DNA of 64,000 nt from Dipteris shenzhenensis (Eukaryota), in assembly GCA_047967505.1 (NCBI GenBank), contig CM106538.1, one strand, 5' to 3'. The notes below the pieces were generated by a model. It searched no databases, was not told the origin of the DNA, and saw nothing but the letters and a program-made list of their open reading frames with translations. Shown piece after piece: positions 14,278-25,501 of this stretch (position 1 is its first letter; each line of letters opens with the position of its first letter). The position numbers and the translations under genes were made by a program.

Positions 14278-14674
14278 TTGTTTAGAGTCGGAGCCCAACC
14301 GACGGGGGTCACAGTAGCCCTGGTTAGACACAGAGCTACGACCAGGAGACGTGCCAGGACCGCAACTCTGAGTGGCCGACAGCACTCTATTGCCGACTTC
14401 ATGCCTCCACTGCCTCATCCATCCTGATATCTTACTGTTGCTGAGGATGATGAAGATATTGATGATGATGCTAAGATTGATATATAGTCGACCATCGACA
14501 TGACTATATTGTACTTAGGACTTAGTACTGCCATTCTGCATTTTTGCATTTTTTGCATTTTACATATGGATGCTCGTTTAGTAGCTCCACTACCACAGCT
14601 TGTTGTATCAGGATTTTCACAGTCTCATAGACCCATCGGTCTTCCGAAGACTTTAATAAACTTTCTTTCTTTCT
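14278..14674 (+). mobile_element. 5'-truncated copy 3 of the same LINE (3' UTR plus AATAAA-(CTTT)n tail)
   Basis: Reverse complement of 14891-15280; ends TTTAATAAACTTTCTTTCTTTCT. Confidence 0.85.
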
Positions 14675-14855
14675 ATCTTGTACGGATGGCTGGCGGCGTA
14701 CGCATGGGCAGGCAGCCAGGTGCGGACAGGTACAGATGGGGCAATGGGTCATACGACTGTACGGGGACAATACGTGCAAGGAACGGCATCGTGGTAGCTA
14801 AAGAAGCTGGAAACTCACACAATGCCGGGCTGCAGGTGGGTGCAAGCTGAACCAT

Positions 14856-14867
14856 GCTTTGATACCA
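14856..14867 (-). promoter_or_regulatory. Primer-binding site (tRNA-iMet) of the copia element
   Basis: TGGTATCAAAGC on the minus strand, 2 nt after the LTR-terminal CA (14870). Confidence 0.85.
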
Positions 14868-14890
14868 AATGAAAGCGAAAGGAGATGGAG

Positions 14891-17800
14891 AAAGAAAAAA
14901 AGAAAGAAAGTTTATTAAAGTCTTCGGAAGACCGATGGGTCTACGAGACTGTGAAAATCCTGATACAACAAGCTGTGGTAGTGGAGCTACTAAACGAGCG
15001 TCCATATCAATGCAAAATGGCAGTACTAAGTCCTAAGTACAACATAGTCATGTCGATGGTCGACTATATATCAATCTCAGCATCGTCATCAATATCATCA
15101 TCATCATCATCATCGGCAGGCAGCAAGATATCAGGATGGATGAGGCAGTGGAGGCATGAAGTCGGCAATAGAGTGATATCGGCCCCTCAGAGGTGCGGTC
15201 CTGGCACGTCTCCTGGTCATAGCTTTGCGTCTAACTAGGGCTACTATGACCCCCGTCGGTCGGGCTCTGACTCTAAACAAGGAGGGGATGTCCCCAAGTG
15301 TGATTGGTGTGTCGACCCTCTGTCTGAGCTGTTGGGTCACAGGCTCCGGATCACGGTCATGTCAAGCCTCGTCTCGTGGGGGTCCATGTGATCTAGCTGA
15401 AAGAACTCCGTGATAGAGCTCTAAGAGGGATCAGCCGAGGAAGAAGTCTGCTCCTGTCTCCGTGCTTAGAGTATCCTCTCACGGTGTCTAAGTGCCTATG
15501 AAACCTGCCAAACACCGTTGGTCTGGGTAGGAGATAAAGCAGGCCAAAATCCCATAACTATCCCTGAAAAGGCAATGGAAACGCCCTCGGATCTCATAGT
15601 AAACAGGACACTTGAAGATGAAATGCTCCTCTGTCTCTCTCAACCTCCTGCATGTCACACAGTGTGTATATGCGCCTCTCCCTAGGTAGTCGCTCTGCTC
15701 TACCGCTCTCGATGCGAAGTCTGTGTGAAGAGACCCGGAACCGCCCAAGAGAGATCATCAGCGAGTGGGATAGGTAAATCTACGTGTATCCTGGTTGGTC
15801 AATGAAACCCTCTACTGTAATATGTAAGAAGTGATCTCTATAGAAGCTAAGCTTCACTAGGAGTTCACTCGGTCCCAACCAAGTCCGATATGTGTGTAGC
15901 TGTAGTAGATCCTCACGGATAACCTGGTTGACCTCATGTGATAAGAGGGGAGAAAACGAAGCATCCATGCTGTACTAGAAGGGAGGTAGTCTATCCATGT
16001 GGAGTCCCAATCGCTCAAACCATCTCTCTGTACGTGCATACCAGCACCTCTGTTCTCCTCCTGCTGCAAGTGTCATAGAAGAGGATAGAGCTATCCATGG
16101 TAGCCTGCTACGTCCCAAGGTATAATCCCCATATTCCCTAACTTGGTACAAATACATGATGACCTGAAATGCAGTATCTAGTTGTACAGGGGGTCACCCA
16201 AACTCAGCCTGAATGATATGGTGAGGAACGGATGACTTACCACGAATCACCCGTGATAACATGAGAACCTGTAGCCGCTCCACACGGGCCCACTCTGTAT
16301 CTGACAAGTCTGACTCCCAACAAGGGCTGCCGTACATCCCCGCTAGATGAACCAAGGAGTCAAAAAGCAACCCCTTGGTAAGTGGATCCTGAAAGTGCAA
16401 GTGGAAGCACTGCCTCTCTAGTCTAGCCAATGAAGCATACCCTCTACTCAAGCGTGCCTGCATTGCGGGTCTCATAGTGAAGCTGGGTCCGGAGAAGATA
16501 ACCCCAAGATAAGAGTATGATGAAACTATCTCAACAGATGACCCCGCAAATGTGAACTGCTCTTGACGCATGATGGCTCGAGATGTATTGAAGATCATTA
16601 CCTTGGTTTTACCCAGGTTGACCTTCAAATCATGAGACTCACAAAAGGACTGTAGTGCATCTAGGTGTCTCTAAAGCCCCTTTGCTGAGGAAGACAAGAG
16701 AGCCACGTCATCTGCGTAGAGCAAAATCTGGATCAATGTGCCCGCAAGAGAGCAACCTACAGCCCCCTATGTCTACATCACAGTCTCAAGCTTGTCAATG
16801 TAGAGGCCAAACAAGGTAGGCAACAAAGGACACCCTTGTTTGACCCCGATGGTGCTCATGATCTCGTCTGTCTACCCGGATCCTGCCCGAACTCTGCCTG
16901 AAACTCTCTCGTAAAGTGCCATGACAACCCAAATGACCTCTTGGTCATAACCCAAGTCCTGTAGCCGCCGAGCTCATGGGATCCCCTGCCTTGCGGATGG
17001 GTGAGATAGTGTTAATGGTCCAAGTGTGAAAATCCCAAACAAACAGCTTCATTAAAAAGCTTTGCTAAGATCGGGGCTAGGAGGTTAATCCCATATGCAA
17101 TGAGCTCAGTGCATAGCCCCTCATGATCCTTCGCTCGGCCATTATGAAGCTTCATTACGGCATCCTTTACCCCTTCTCTAGTGAAGAGGGTGCAGGATGT
17201 GGGACGAGGCATGTGTGAGAGGTTAGGGACTGGCTGATTTGGGATGTCATAAAGTGTACGTGCATAATCAAACCAGATCTAAGTGTTAGTGAGTGGCGGA
17301 GGGGTCCGTCCTTCTAGAAATCTCCACCAAAAGTCCTTAGAGTTGTTACTAAACAAAATGTTCAGTAGCTGCTTCTCATTCCGACGAACGAAGTCTAGTT
17401 TCTTCCTACGTACCAGTCTACGGTATTCGCGTAGCGTATCTGGTGCACTCGGAAGACTTTTTTGTTTCGAATCTGAGTTGACGGCATAAAGCCTTACACT
17501 CATCATCGTACCAACTATTACAAGGTATGATTCCAGGGGGGTGGGCGGGTGGAGCGGGTGGTGTGGGGAAAAGCGTGAATGGCAGCCTCATGTAGTGAGC
17601 GAGTAACAAGGGCAGCACGATCCTCTAAAAGGGATATGAAGTCAATATAAGCGAGAAGTATGTACAGACGGCCAGAGTAAGAAGGTGAGTGATCCCAATC
17701 AAAGCTTATATCATGGTAGGTGGAGTAAGCACTGAGTGGGGTGGAAGGTGCTGTGCGAAGGGAGGTGGAGATGTTAAAGAAAAGGTATGTATGATCAGCC

Positions 17801-18688
17801 CCTGGGGGGAGAGGTGCTACAATGAAGTCAGTAATGCGAGATGTGAAGATAGGAGATCCCATGATGTAATCAACAACACTGGAGCCCCCCCCATGTGGAA
17901 AGCATGTGAAACCACCTGAAGCGAGCCATCTGTCAAGACCATTATAGATAATGAGATCATGTATCCTGCCGAGATCTAACAGGGCCTGCCCATAAGATGA
18001 GAATGGACCTCGCCTGTCAGCCGAAACCCGTAGCATACCTGCCTTCTCAAGGTCAATATCTGGCAGTAGGATGGAATGATCTCTGAAGTCAAGAAGTGGT
18101 ACCTGACAGGCCCTTGTCCTCGCATTGAAGTCCCCCACTAGGAGGACTTCTTCGCGGCTAGAGAAGTCAACGATGGACTGATAAAGGGCAGCAAAAGGGA
18201 TGTCTCATCATCACCTCGGATATCTCTGGCAAAGTGGGAGGTCTCAGGGGGTAAGTAGCAAACTGAGACAAACAGATCCCGGCTGTCCATGTGTCGAATC
18301 CGGATCCAAAGAAATCTGGAATGTGTATCTCTCTGCTCTACTGAAATGGTCCCCCGAAGTGTGGATCTGAAAAGGACTGCAACTCCACCTAAACCTCGAG
18401 CTCCTCCTGTATCCCTCGTCTCATCTATGTAGGCAAACTCCCATGTATATCCGCTGACTATTGGAAGAGGGCGCTCTGACTCTGATGTGTCTCTGTATAA
18501 AAGAATATGTCGTGGCCTGTATAGGATTCCGAGAAAATCCCTGGTTTTGACCATAAGGTACCATTACAGTTCCAAATGGTGCAAGACAGGGTCTCGAATA
18601 CCTGAGTCTCATAGACCCCGCTTCCCTATGTAGGGGAGGGGGCAAGTGTCCTACGGGGGCCTGTACGAAGTCGTCCCTCTCGTACCCA
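14891..18688 (-). mobile_element. Non-LTR retrotransposon copy 2 (RTEX-like LINE), 5'-truncated within ORF1, 3' tail intact
   Basis: ORF1 end 'WVREGRLRTG'. APE 'GLGGVAVLFRS', 'GDFNART', 'SSVVDYI'. RT 'GVKQGCPLLPTLFGLYIDKL', 'LLYADDVALLSSS', 'VNLGKTKVMIFN', 'YSYLGVIF'. C-terminal 'CVTC...EEHFIFKCPVYYEIR'. 3' UTR with AATAAA and (CTTT)n. Inserted in the copia 5' LTR, the rest of which is not seen. Confidence 0.9.
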
Positions 18689-19185
18689 GTTCACTCAACA
18701 GGGTCAATAATGGAACTTTTGCAGAGGCTCTGGTCTCCTCACAGAGCGCTCCTAAATAGTCTTCCTCAAGTCAAGCTAAAAAAGCAGAAATCAACCACAG
18801 GCAGCTGCATCACCCACGAAAAACATTTCATTTTACATTTAAAAATGATCGCAATTAAAAATTTGTTTGCAGCCTTGCACCCGTTTAAAAGAGGTAGACT
18901 AAGAATCCATAACTTACTCTCATGCCATCCTTGCTAATCCATGTTTAAAATAGTGCATTTAAGCATTTAAGCACAAAGAAATTTGGCAGCTGTTATAGTG
19001 CTCTTATGTCATTCACCAGCATAAAGGCACACTTAAAGGGCCTTTTGTACATTCTCTAGTACCGTCAGCTATATACCTCTTTGGCAAACATTTCCAAGCT
19101 TTTTCAATTGTGGTGTCAAATATGTATCTTGCAAAACCACAGGAACATCGATCACCCAGACAAAAACCATATTTGTTGAGTTTAC

Positions 19186-19271
19186 CTGTCCAAGGTCACC
19201 CATCAGTTTAAGGTGTCGGGGTGAATCCTCTGAGCCCCTAAATGGCACCATGACTTGGGAACCCATTTTTG
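19186..19271 (-). CDS. NDUFA9: NDUFA9 exon 4
   Basis: Encodes (A)KMGSQVMVPFRGSEDSPRHLKLMGDLGQ, nearly identical to the plant consensus. Acceptor gcAG, donor GTaaac. Confidence 0.95.
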
Positions 19272-19401
19272 CTGCATCGACAAGGGAAAATATGAAATCC
19301 AATCAACTGTATTTCCAGTAACAATGTCCCTAATCACATTGCACCTAATCTATACACATTGTAGAAGGTAATTTTATGTCATTAAAAAAAGCACCACATA
19401 C

Positions 19402-19466
19402 CAAGCTGTTGGACAACATAGCGGCCAAGAAATCCTGTTGAACCAAAGACAGTGGCTATAATACCA
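19402..19466 (-). CDS. NDUFA9: NDUFA9 exon 3 (Rossmann GxxGxxG motif)
   Basis: Encodes (S)GIIATVFGSTGFLGRYVVQQL. Acceptor tttcAG, donor GTatgt. Confidence 0.95.
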
Positions 19467-19571
19467 CTGAAAAATTAATGCAAGAATCTGATCAGCTTAT
19501 GCAAAAGATAATCCAACAGAAAAAGAGGTAGTACCAGAAAACAAAAAATGGAGAACACTGAAATACTCAAC

Positions 19572-19668
19572 CTTACTGATGACCTTCCCCCAGTTCCCTT
19601 CGAAATGGTGTACTGACCACCTTTAACAGGCAGTGAAGAGCCATGCCTTTTGTTTTCAAGTGAATACC
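19572..19668 (-). CDS. NDUFA9: NDUFA9 exon 2
   Basis: Encodes (W)YSLENKRHGSSLPVKGGQYTISKGTGGRSSV(S); 'KGTGGRSSVS' is diagnostic. Acceptor tgtAG, donor GTtgag. Confidence 0.9.
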
Positions 19669-20189
19669 CTACAAGATAAAGCCTCATTATCAGTCCAAAA
19701 AAAGAAAAACTAAGAGAAGTGGTTAAGAAAATTAGAGTTGTATTGTGATTTTCTTCAACCGACTAAGAACACCATAGTTCCAATGGATAACCCAATGAGA
19801 TGAATAGACAGGTCATGTACACACTAAACCAAATTGTGTGCTGAGTTTCAAAAAAAAAAGGTAAAAAGTAAATAATCACACAAGAAAATCGATGGAAACA
19901 AGCCAGTTAAGATGAATATTCCTAATCGAATTGTCATATCTAGAAGGAGGTCTAGAATGGAATCGAACCTGTACACGCTATATTTAGCCATAGATCGAGG
20001 CCATATATTGGTATAGGGGCTTAATGTTCGAGTATAGGGGCTTAATGTTCGAACACACTAGCCAGTACGTGGACATTAGATCCTGCTAGTGGCATGGCAA
20101 CGGCTACAAACTAGTCCAATGCATCCCCCATGGATGGGCCTTCTATGGTGGGGCTTCCATGGCATGCGAAGTAGGTTTACTAAGCTAGT

Positions 20190-21000
20190 GTCGGGTTGTG
20201 AATGGAACACATTGTGGACCCTGGAAAAGGGTGGTAGCTTTAATTGATAAGCTACTTCCCCAACTCCATAGATGATCCTATAATGGCCATAATATTGATG
20301 AGGTAGCTTGGCATTGGTTTTAACATTCAAGGAGGCATGAAGATTTTTGTGGAGGCATTGATGCACAGAATCCCCTTCTTTTTGAACAACAGGCACCTCC
20401 TATGTTCATCCGCATACTTCTTTTGCTTGGCTTGGGCATATTCCTTCTAGCCACCAATTGCTGAAGAGCCTCATTTTTTCCAAGTCATCTCGTGCTTGCT
20501 GATTTTTCACAGCCATGTCTGAAATTGTAGAAGGCCTTGTTACTTTGCATCCATCCATGTCTGAAATTGTGGAAGGCCTTGTTACTTTGCATCCATATGT
20601 TACTTCACGCGGGCTCATCCAAATAGATAAATGCTGGTATTACTGTAGCAAATTTCAGCAAGTCTAAGACATTTATCCCCAGACGTCTGAGTGTCCTGGC
20701 AAAAATGCCTCAAGTAGACCTCCACCCATTTGTTTACCCTCTCAGACTGGCCATGAGTCTTAGATGGTATGCTGTGCTTGGAGTGAGTATGGTGCCCGTT
20801 GCTGTAAATACCTTCTGCCAAAAGTGACCCATAAATTTTGCATCTCTATCTGTGACAATCTCCAAGGGAAATCCATGATGCTTGAACACATGATCAATTA
20901 ACTGCCAAGCAGCCTAACATGCTGAATGCCATATCTTGATAGGGATGAAAAGGGCTTGTTTCAATAGCCTATCAACTATCACATTGTTGGTGTCCCATCC
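20190..21000 (-). mobile_element. Ty3/gypsy integrase and C-terminal SH3-like relic
   Basis: Peptides 'HHGFPLEIVTDRDAKF', 'HGQSERVNKWVEVYLRHFC' and '[31 protein letters not shown]'. Includes a 42-bp tandem duplication at ~20513-20597. Confidence 0.8.
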
Positions 21001-21037
21001 TTTGTCTATAGAAGACAGTCCAGTGATGAGCTCATAG

Positions 21038-22020
21038 TGTTAGAATAGGTCACTGATCCACCTGTGAGCCCCATATGACGTGGATGAGGGTACACTGGAC
21101 CTGGTTGGTGATAAACCTGGAGGATGCACCTGCTGTACACCTGCTGTACAGGGTGCGGTGGTACGGGCTGCTGTACCTGCCGTAACAGTGTGCAGAACCG
21201 CAGCAAATTTTGCATAAGGGCCAGCCCTACTTATAGGCTTGGCAGCCTGGTAGCAGGTCAACTGAGGCAGGTCAGCAGACCTGAAGATAGGTCGATTCAT
21301 ACCAGTCAGCCTGGATCTGGTTGGCTGATTTCACAAACCAGGTCGGCCTGGTCAGGAGGATTGGCTGCCTATAAAAGGGCCCATGCATGGCTCAGTGCAT
21401 TTCACACGGAAGCCCTTCTTTGAGGGCACACAAGAGCAGAACAGAGCCAACCTACTTTGCCCTCACACTTCAGATTTGCACAGCCTCCCTCACAGTTCAT
21501 TGGATGTTTGTAGCTCTTTCTTTGGAGTGGTTTCTCCTTTTGTAGTTGGTATAAATCTGAGTACTGTTTTGAACTATTTGTGCTGCTCTATCTCTCTGTT
21601 CTTTTATAGTTTGTGGGTTCAGAATCCAGTGTGCCAGTTCTTGGACAGCGTCATCTAGATCTATCCACTGCATTGGTGGCTGAAGCTTTAGCCTTTGTTC
21701 TAACATGGTATCAGAGCCAATGGTGTGTCTCTTCTAAGAAAGGAATCCCTCCAAGGTCGAAGGAGACCCCGATTCAAGTCGAGTGTGCATGCCTGTTTGG
21801 TTGCTACAGTGTATTCTATTTGCTGTTTTGTGATTTCAGAAGTTGTGGACCCTCTTGTGCCATTCTGAACTTCAGAGATGCAGGAAAGTTAAATGGGATT
21901 GACTATCCCACTGGAAGATCAAGCTCCTGAGCCACCTTGTGGATAGGGAACTCTAGAACGTGACAACACGAACGGAACTCAAGCCCAAGGCTTCTTCAGG
22001 TAAGGTGACAGTGGCTGTAA
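21038..22020 (+). mobile_element. Truncated copia-type element: 5' LTR (21038-21705), PBS and gag start
   Basis: TGTTAGAA...TTCTAACA terminal inverted repeat, immediately followed by TGGTATCAGAGC (21706-21717) and then gag-like 'AGKLNGIDYP'. Confidence 0.75.
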
Positions 22021-22150
22021 ATCTGGACAGACCTAAGGCCTACCTACCACACTTTTTGACCTTTTATTAATCCTAACCCAAAATTGCTCCAAGGGTAATT
22101 TAGTGAGCTAAGTCCATAGTTCATCACTTTTCCCAACATGATGTGCTTAC

Positions 22151-22700
22151 TTCTAACATGGTATAAGAGCCCAAAGGTACAGCTCTCCTAATCTACATCA
22201 CTATTGAAGGGAGGAGCCCCTTTGCTTGACAGAAATAGACTCTCATCTTTTGCACTTTAATAAAATGTCTATTGAGTTTCAAGGTTCTAGATTATCCCTC
22301 TCTGGATGATGTCATCCTCCCATATGCCTATTCACAACTTTGGGGTAAAGGAGGAAAGCTGGATGGTACCAATTATCCACTTTGCAAGGTGAAGATTCAA
22401 AGCCATGTGGTTGCAAAGAAGACCTCCAAGGTCACTAGACACATCTTCAAGACATGACGACATTCATGAGTTAAAAAGAGATGCCTAACCCTTTCTCTCA
22501 TTAGAGGGAGGACAGACTCGATGATCCCCCTTGTATATAGATTGCAAAGGCATCCTTCAAAGCATGAACCACATTGAAGGATACCTATGAGACAACAAAT
22601 TCGACAGAAGTCTTAAACTCTAGAATCAATTGTACACTATGAAGATGGAGGAAGGTGACTAACTGCACAAGCACATTACGAAGATCGAGGTTGTTGGAAG
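22151..22700 (+). mobile_element. Copia relic: LTR end, degenerate PBS and gag fragment
   Basis: TTCTAACA-TGGTATAAGAGC, then 'GGKLDGTNYPLCKVKIQSH' and 'LYTMKMEEGD'. Confidence 0.65.
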
Positions 22701-22819
22701 GATGGACATCAATGCACTAGTCATGTCTGCTATCAAACACACTTTTCACACGGGTTCTGAGAGTTCACAACCAGCATCATAATCAAAATGTATCAAGTCA
22801 CTCACCTTTGTTGCTGTTT

Positions 22820-25170
22820 CCGATGGGTATGATGCTTTTCACAGGCCTTCAACTAAGTAAGTTTAAGGCTTGTGCAAAGAATCATACTCGTCACGGACAA
22901 GCGTAGAGGCTAAGAGAACACCGATGCATATTTTTTAACACCCAGGAATTATGCATGGTGTTGGAGATATCATAGTCAAAGAGTGGTGATGCGATGTGTT
23001 AGTGTGTAGTACTAGGTGATCTAGTACTAGTCTATGTGAGTGAGTCTTGTGTGAGTGCCACGTGTCATCATGGACTTATCCCATATGCACTAGGTGCTAG
23101 AGTGTATGTGAGTAGCCTATATAAAGGCTTGTACTTCACTTGTCATTATATACTTGATGAATGAATGAAAGCCTTTTGTTATGTCTTCGTTTGAGCATCA
23201 TTTCCTCACACCCTAACCTTCTCTTTCTCTCTCTCTCCACCATGTTTCTAACATGGTATCAGAGCAGGTCAATCCAACCACAGCTGCCACGTCATCCTAG
23301 ACCTAACCCTAATCCAAAACCCTAATTCTGCTTTCTTCCTGCAGCCACCGCCATCCTTGCTGCCCTCATTTCGCCTCTGTTTTGCATCTTTTTGTGACCA
23401 TTGGCACGTTTTCGAAGAGATGCCTGCATACGAGCTAATTCGGAGCTGTTTCATCCCCGTTTTTAGGGTTTGCATGCTACAGCAGAAATCGACCACCTGG
23501 ACACATTATTTGCAGACTTTCGAGGTCTTTTAAAGGTTTTTCAACTTGTTTTGGAGCTGTTACTGCAATTTCGAGCTGTTTTGGTGCTGCTGGAGCATAA
23601 CCGTCTACATCAGAGGTGATTTCAGGCGTTTTCCTCATCTGCTCCAGCATTTCAAAACCCTAAATCACCTTGGAGCTGCATTTCCAGTCACCTTGGAGCT
23701 GCTCTTAGCCTCCAGCTCTTCTACAATGCGTTGTGGAGGCCTGCTACTGCATTTCGAATTGTTCTAGCGAGCCACCTTTCACGTGGACAGCCTGTTTTTG
23801 CACTTCAGAGTGCTCTAGTGAGCTGTTTTGAGGAGTCCAGACCTACTGCAGCACTCAGTTCTACATTTCGAGGCATATTCTTGCTGTTTTCCATTAGGGT
23901 TTGCATTTTGGCATATCCGAGGTCATCCACCAGCAGCTGGACACATTTTTTCACACATTTCTCAAGCTGTTGAGTCATCTCATAGCCCTAGACCAGCTCC
24001 TTTATTGGCTGGTTATACTATTTCAGCTTGTTGCCTTTGCTACCTCAGTTTGACGCTATGGAGCCTCGTCCTCATGGTGAAGACTCATCAGCACCACTTT
24101 CAGCTAGGGATGAGCAACATGACAAAGCACTGGCGCTTATGGTGTGAGGTTGGTCAACAAATTGCTTCATCAACTTGACCTCACTACTTCAGCCAAGGAG
24201 AGCCTGGACAAGCTCAAGAATATTTATGCTACATCTATTGGATCTGAGCAGGAAGCTTCATCTACTGTGTTGCATGATCTATTCCTCTCCGAGGAGGAAG
24301 ACGATGCTTAGTTCTATGTGTGTTTGTGTTGAGTCAAATAAAGGTTCTTAGCCTTGAGTTGTCCCTCTAAATTGAATGTATTTGGAGTCAATAAGCGGTA
24401 CTCTGCCCTGGGTTGTCCCCCAAAAATGATTGTATTGTGTTTCACTTTAGTTGATGGTATTGACCACCCAGTTCAGAGTAAGGGGGGATGACGAGTGATG
24501 GTTTGCCCTTGCTGGTCGCAAGCTGACTAAGAAGTCACTATCACACCGGAGGTGTTGGATAGTTGGACTTGCTCTTTGCAATATTGCGGTGGAGGGGGGA
24601 TCGGTCTACTTTTGCATGTTGGGTCTCACACGTCTTTGCTCTGAAGGGGGGTGTTGGAGATATCATAGTCAAAGAGTGTGGTGATGTAATGTGTTAGTGT
24701 GTAGTACTAGTCTATGTGAGTGAGTCTTGTGTGAGTGCCACGTGTCATCATGGGACTTATCCCATATGCACTAGGTGCTAGAGTGTGTGTGAGTAGCCTA
24801 TATAAAGGCTTGTACTTCACTTGTCATCATATACTTGATGAATGAATGAAAGCCTTTTGTCATGTCTTCATTTGAGCATCATTTCCTCACACCCTAACCT
24901 TCTCTTTCTCTCTCTCTCTCTCCACCATGTTTCTAACACATGGTAGGAAACAAGGAAACATGCATTCCAAACCATGAAAATGATAGCCGATGGGTAAGAG
25001 ACTTTGCACAAGCCTTAAATAAGTAGCTTTAATGCCTGTGCAAAGTATCATACCTATCAAAGACAAGCGCATAGGCTAAAAGCACACTGATGCATATATT
25101 TCTCATCTCATGTATGATGCATGGTAAGAAATATGCATTCCAAACCATGCAAATGATATCCAATGGGAGC
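22820..25170. repeat. Two degenerate ~180-bp tandem units, the first split by the 22959-24938 element
   Basis: The series 'cgatgggta...tgtgcaaag.atcatac...gacaagcg...gatgcata...atgcatgg...atgcattccaaaccatg' occurs at 22820-22958 plus 24944-24987, and again at 24988-25165. Confidence 0.65.
22959..24938 (+). mobile_element. Complete non-autonomous LTR retrotransposon (1,980 bp) with gag relic
   Basis: LTRs 22959-23253 and 24652-24938 (TGTTGG...CTAACA), PBS TGGTATCAGAGC 23254-23265, PPT GAAGGGGGG before 24652, TSD CATGG on both sides. No pol; a short 'TSAKE..DKLKNIYA' gag remnant at ~24185. Confidence 0.93.
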
Positions 25171-25501
25171 AGAAGCCAAAGAGCAAAAAGAGTCACTATA
25201 CACTCATCCACGAGAGTAAGAGCTACAAACATCAGCACATAGGCTGGATCACTACATCCAAAAAGAACTGCCTAAACTGAGAACTATAGAGGGCACCAGG
25301 CTACTCCTCTCTCCACCTACGTGCCTTTTGCAAAAGGCTTCAGCGTGATAGAAATGAGGAAGGCTATGGCCCTCCTTTTATTCCTAGGACCGACCAACCT
25401 GAACCAGATGCCAAAAGAGATGGCCCAAAAGGACCGACCAACCCAAGAGTAGCTCTTGCCGACCTGAACCAGATGCCAACCAGATCTCGGTCTTTTGAAC
25501 C

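Larger units (their letters stand above)
5658..14890 (-). mobile_element. Degenerate Ty1/copia LTR retrotransposon interrupted by LINE insertions (NDUFA9 intron 4)
   Basis: Minus-strand order is PBS (14856-14867), gag N-terminus (~13620-13120), LINE insertion, gag with CCHC knuckle 'CHYCKKPGHYIGEC' (8476-9105), protease 'WYFDSGATKH', 'ELWHARYGH', integrase 'YYVTFIDDYS...TPQQNGKAE', partly deleted RT 'YGLKQAP...LYVDDM', RNase H 'YSDSDWAG...HIEVHYHYVRE', PPT, 3' LTR. Many frameshifts and stops. Confidence 0.92.

Noticed and set aside
14278-15280. The inverted repeat as the TIRs of a foldback or Mutator element
   Set aside because: Both arms are LINE 3' UTRs with their tails facing inward, one arm continues into ORF2, and no TSD lies outside the arms.
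19069-19302. ORF initially read as a LINE ORF1 piece
   Set aside because: Its core is NDUFA9 exon 4 with read-through into flanking introns.
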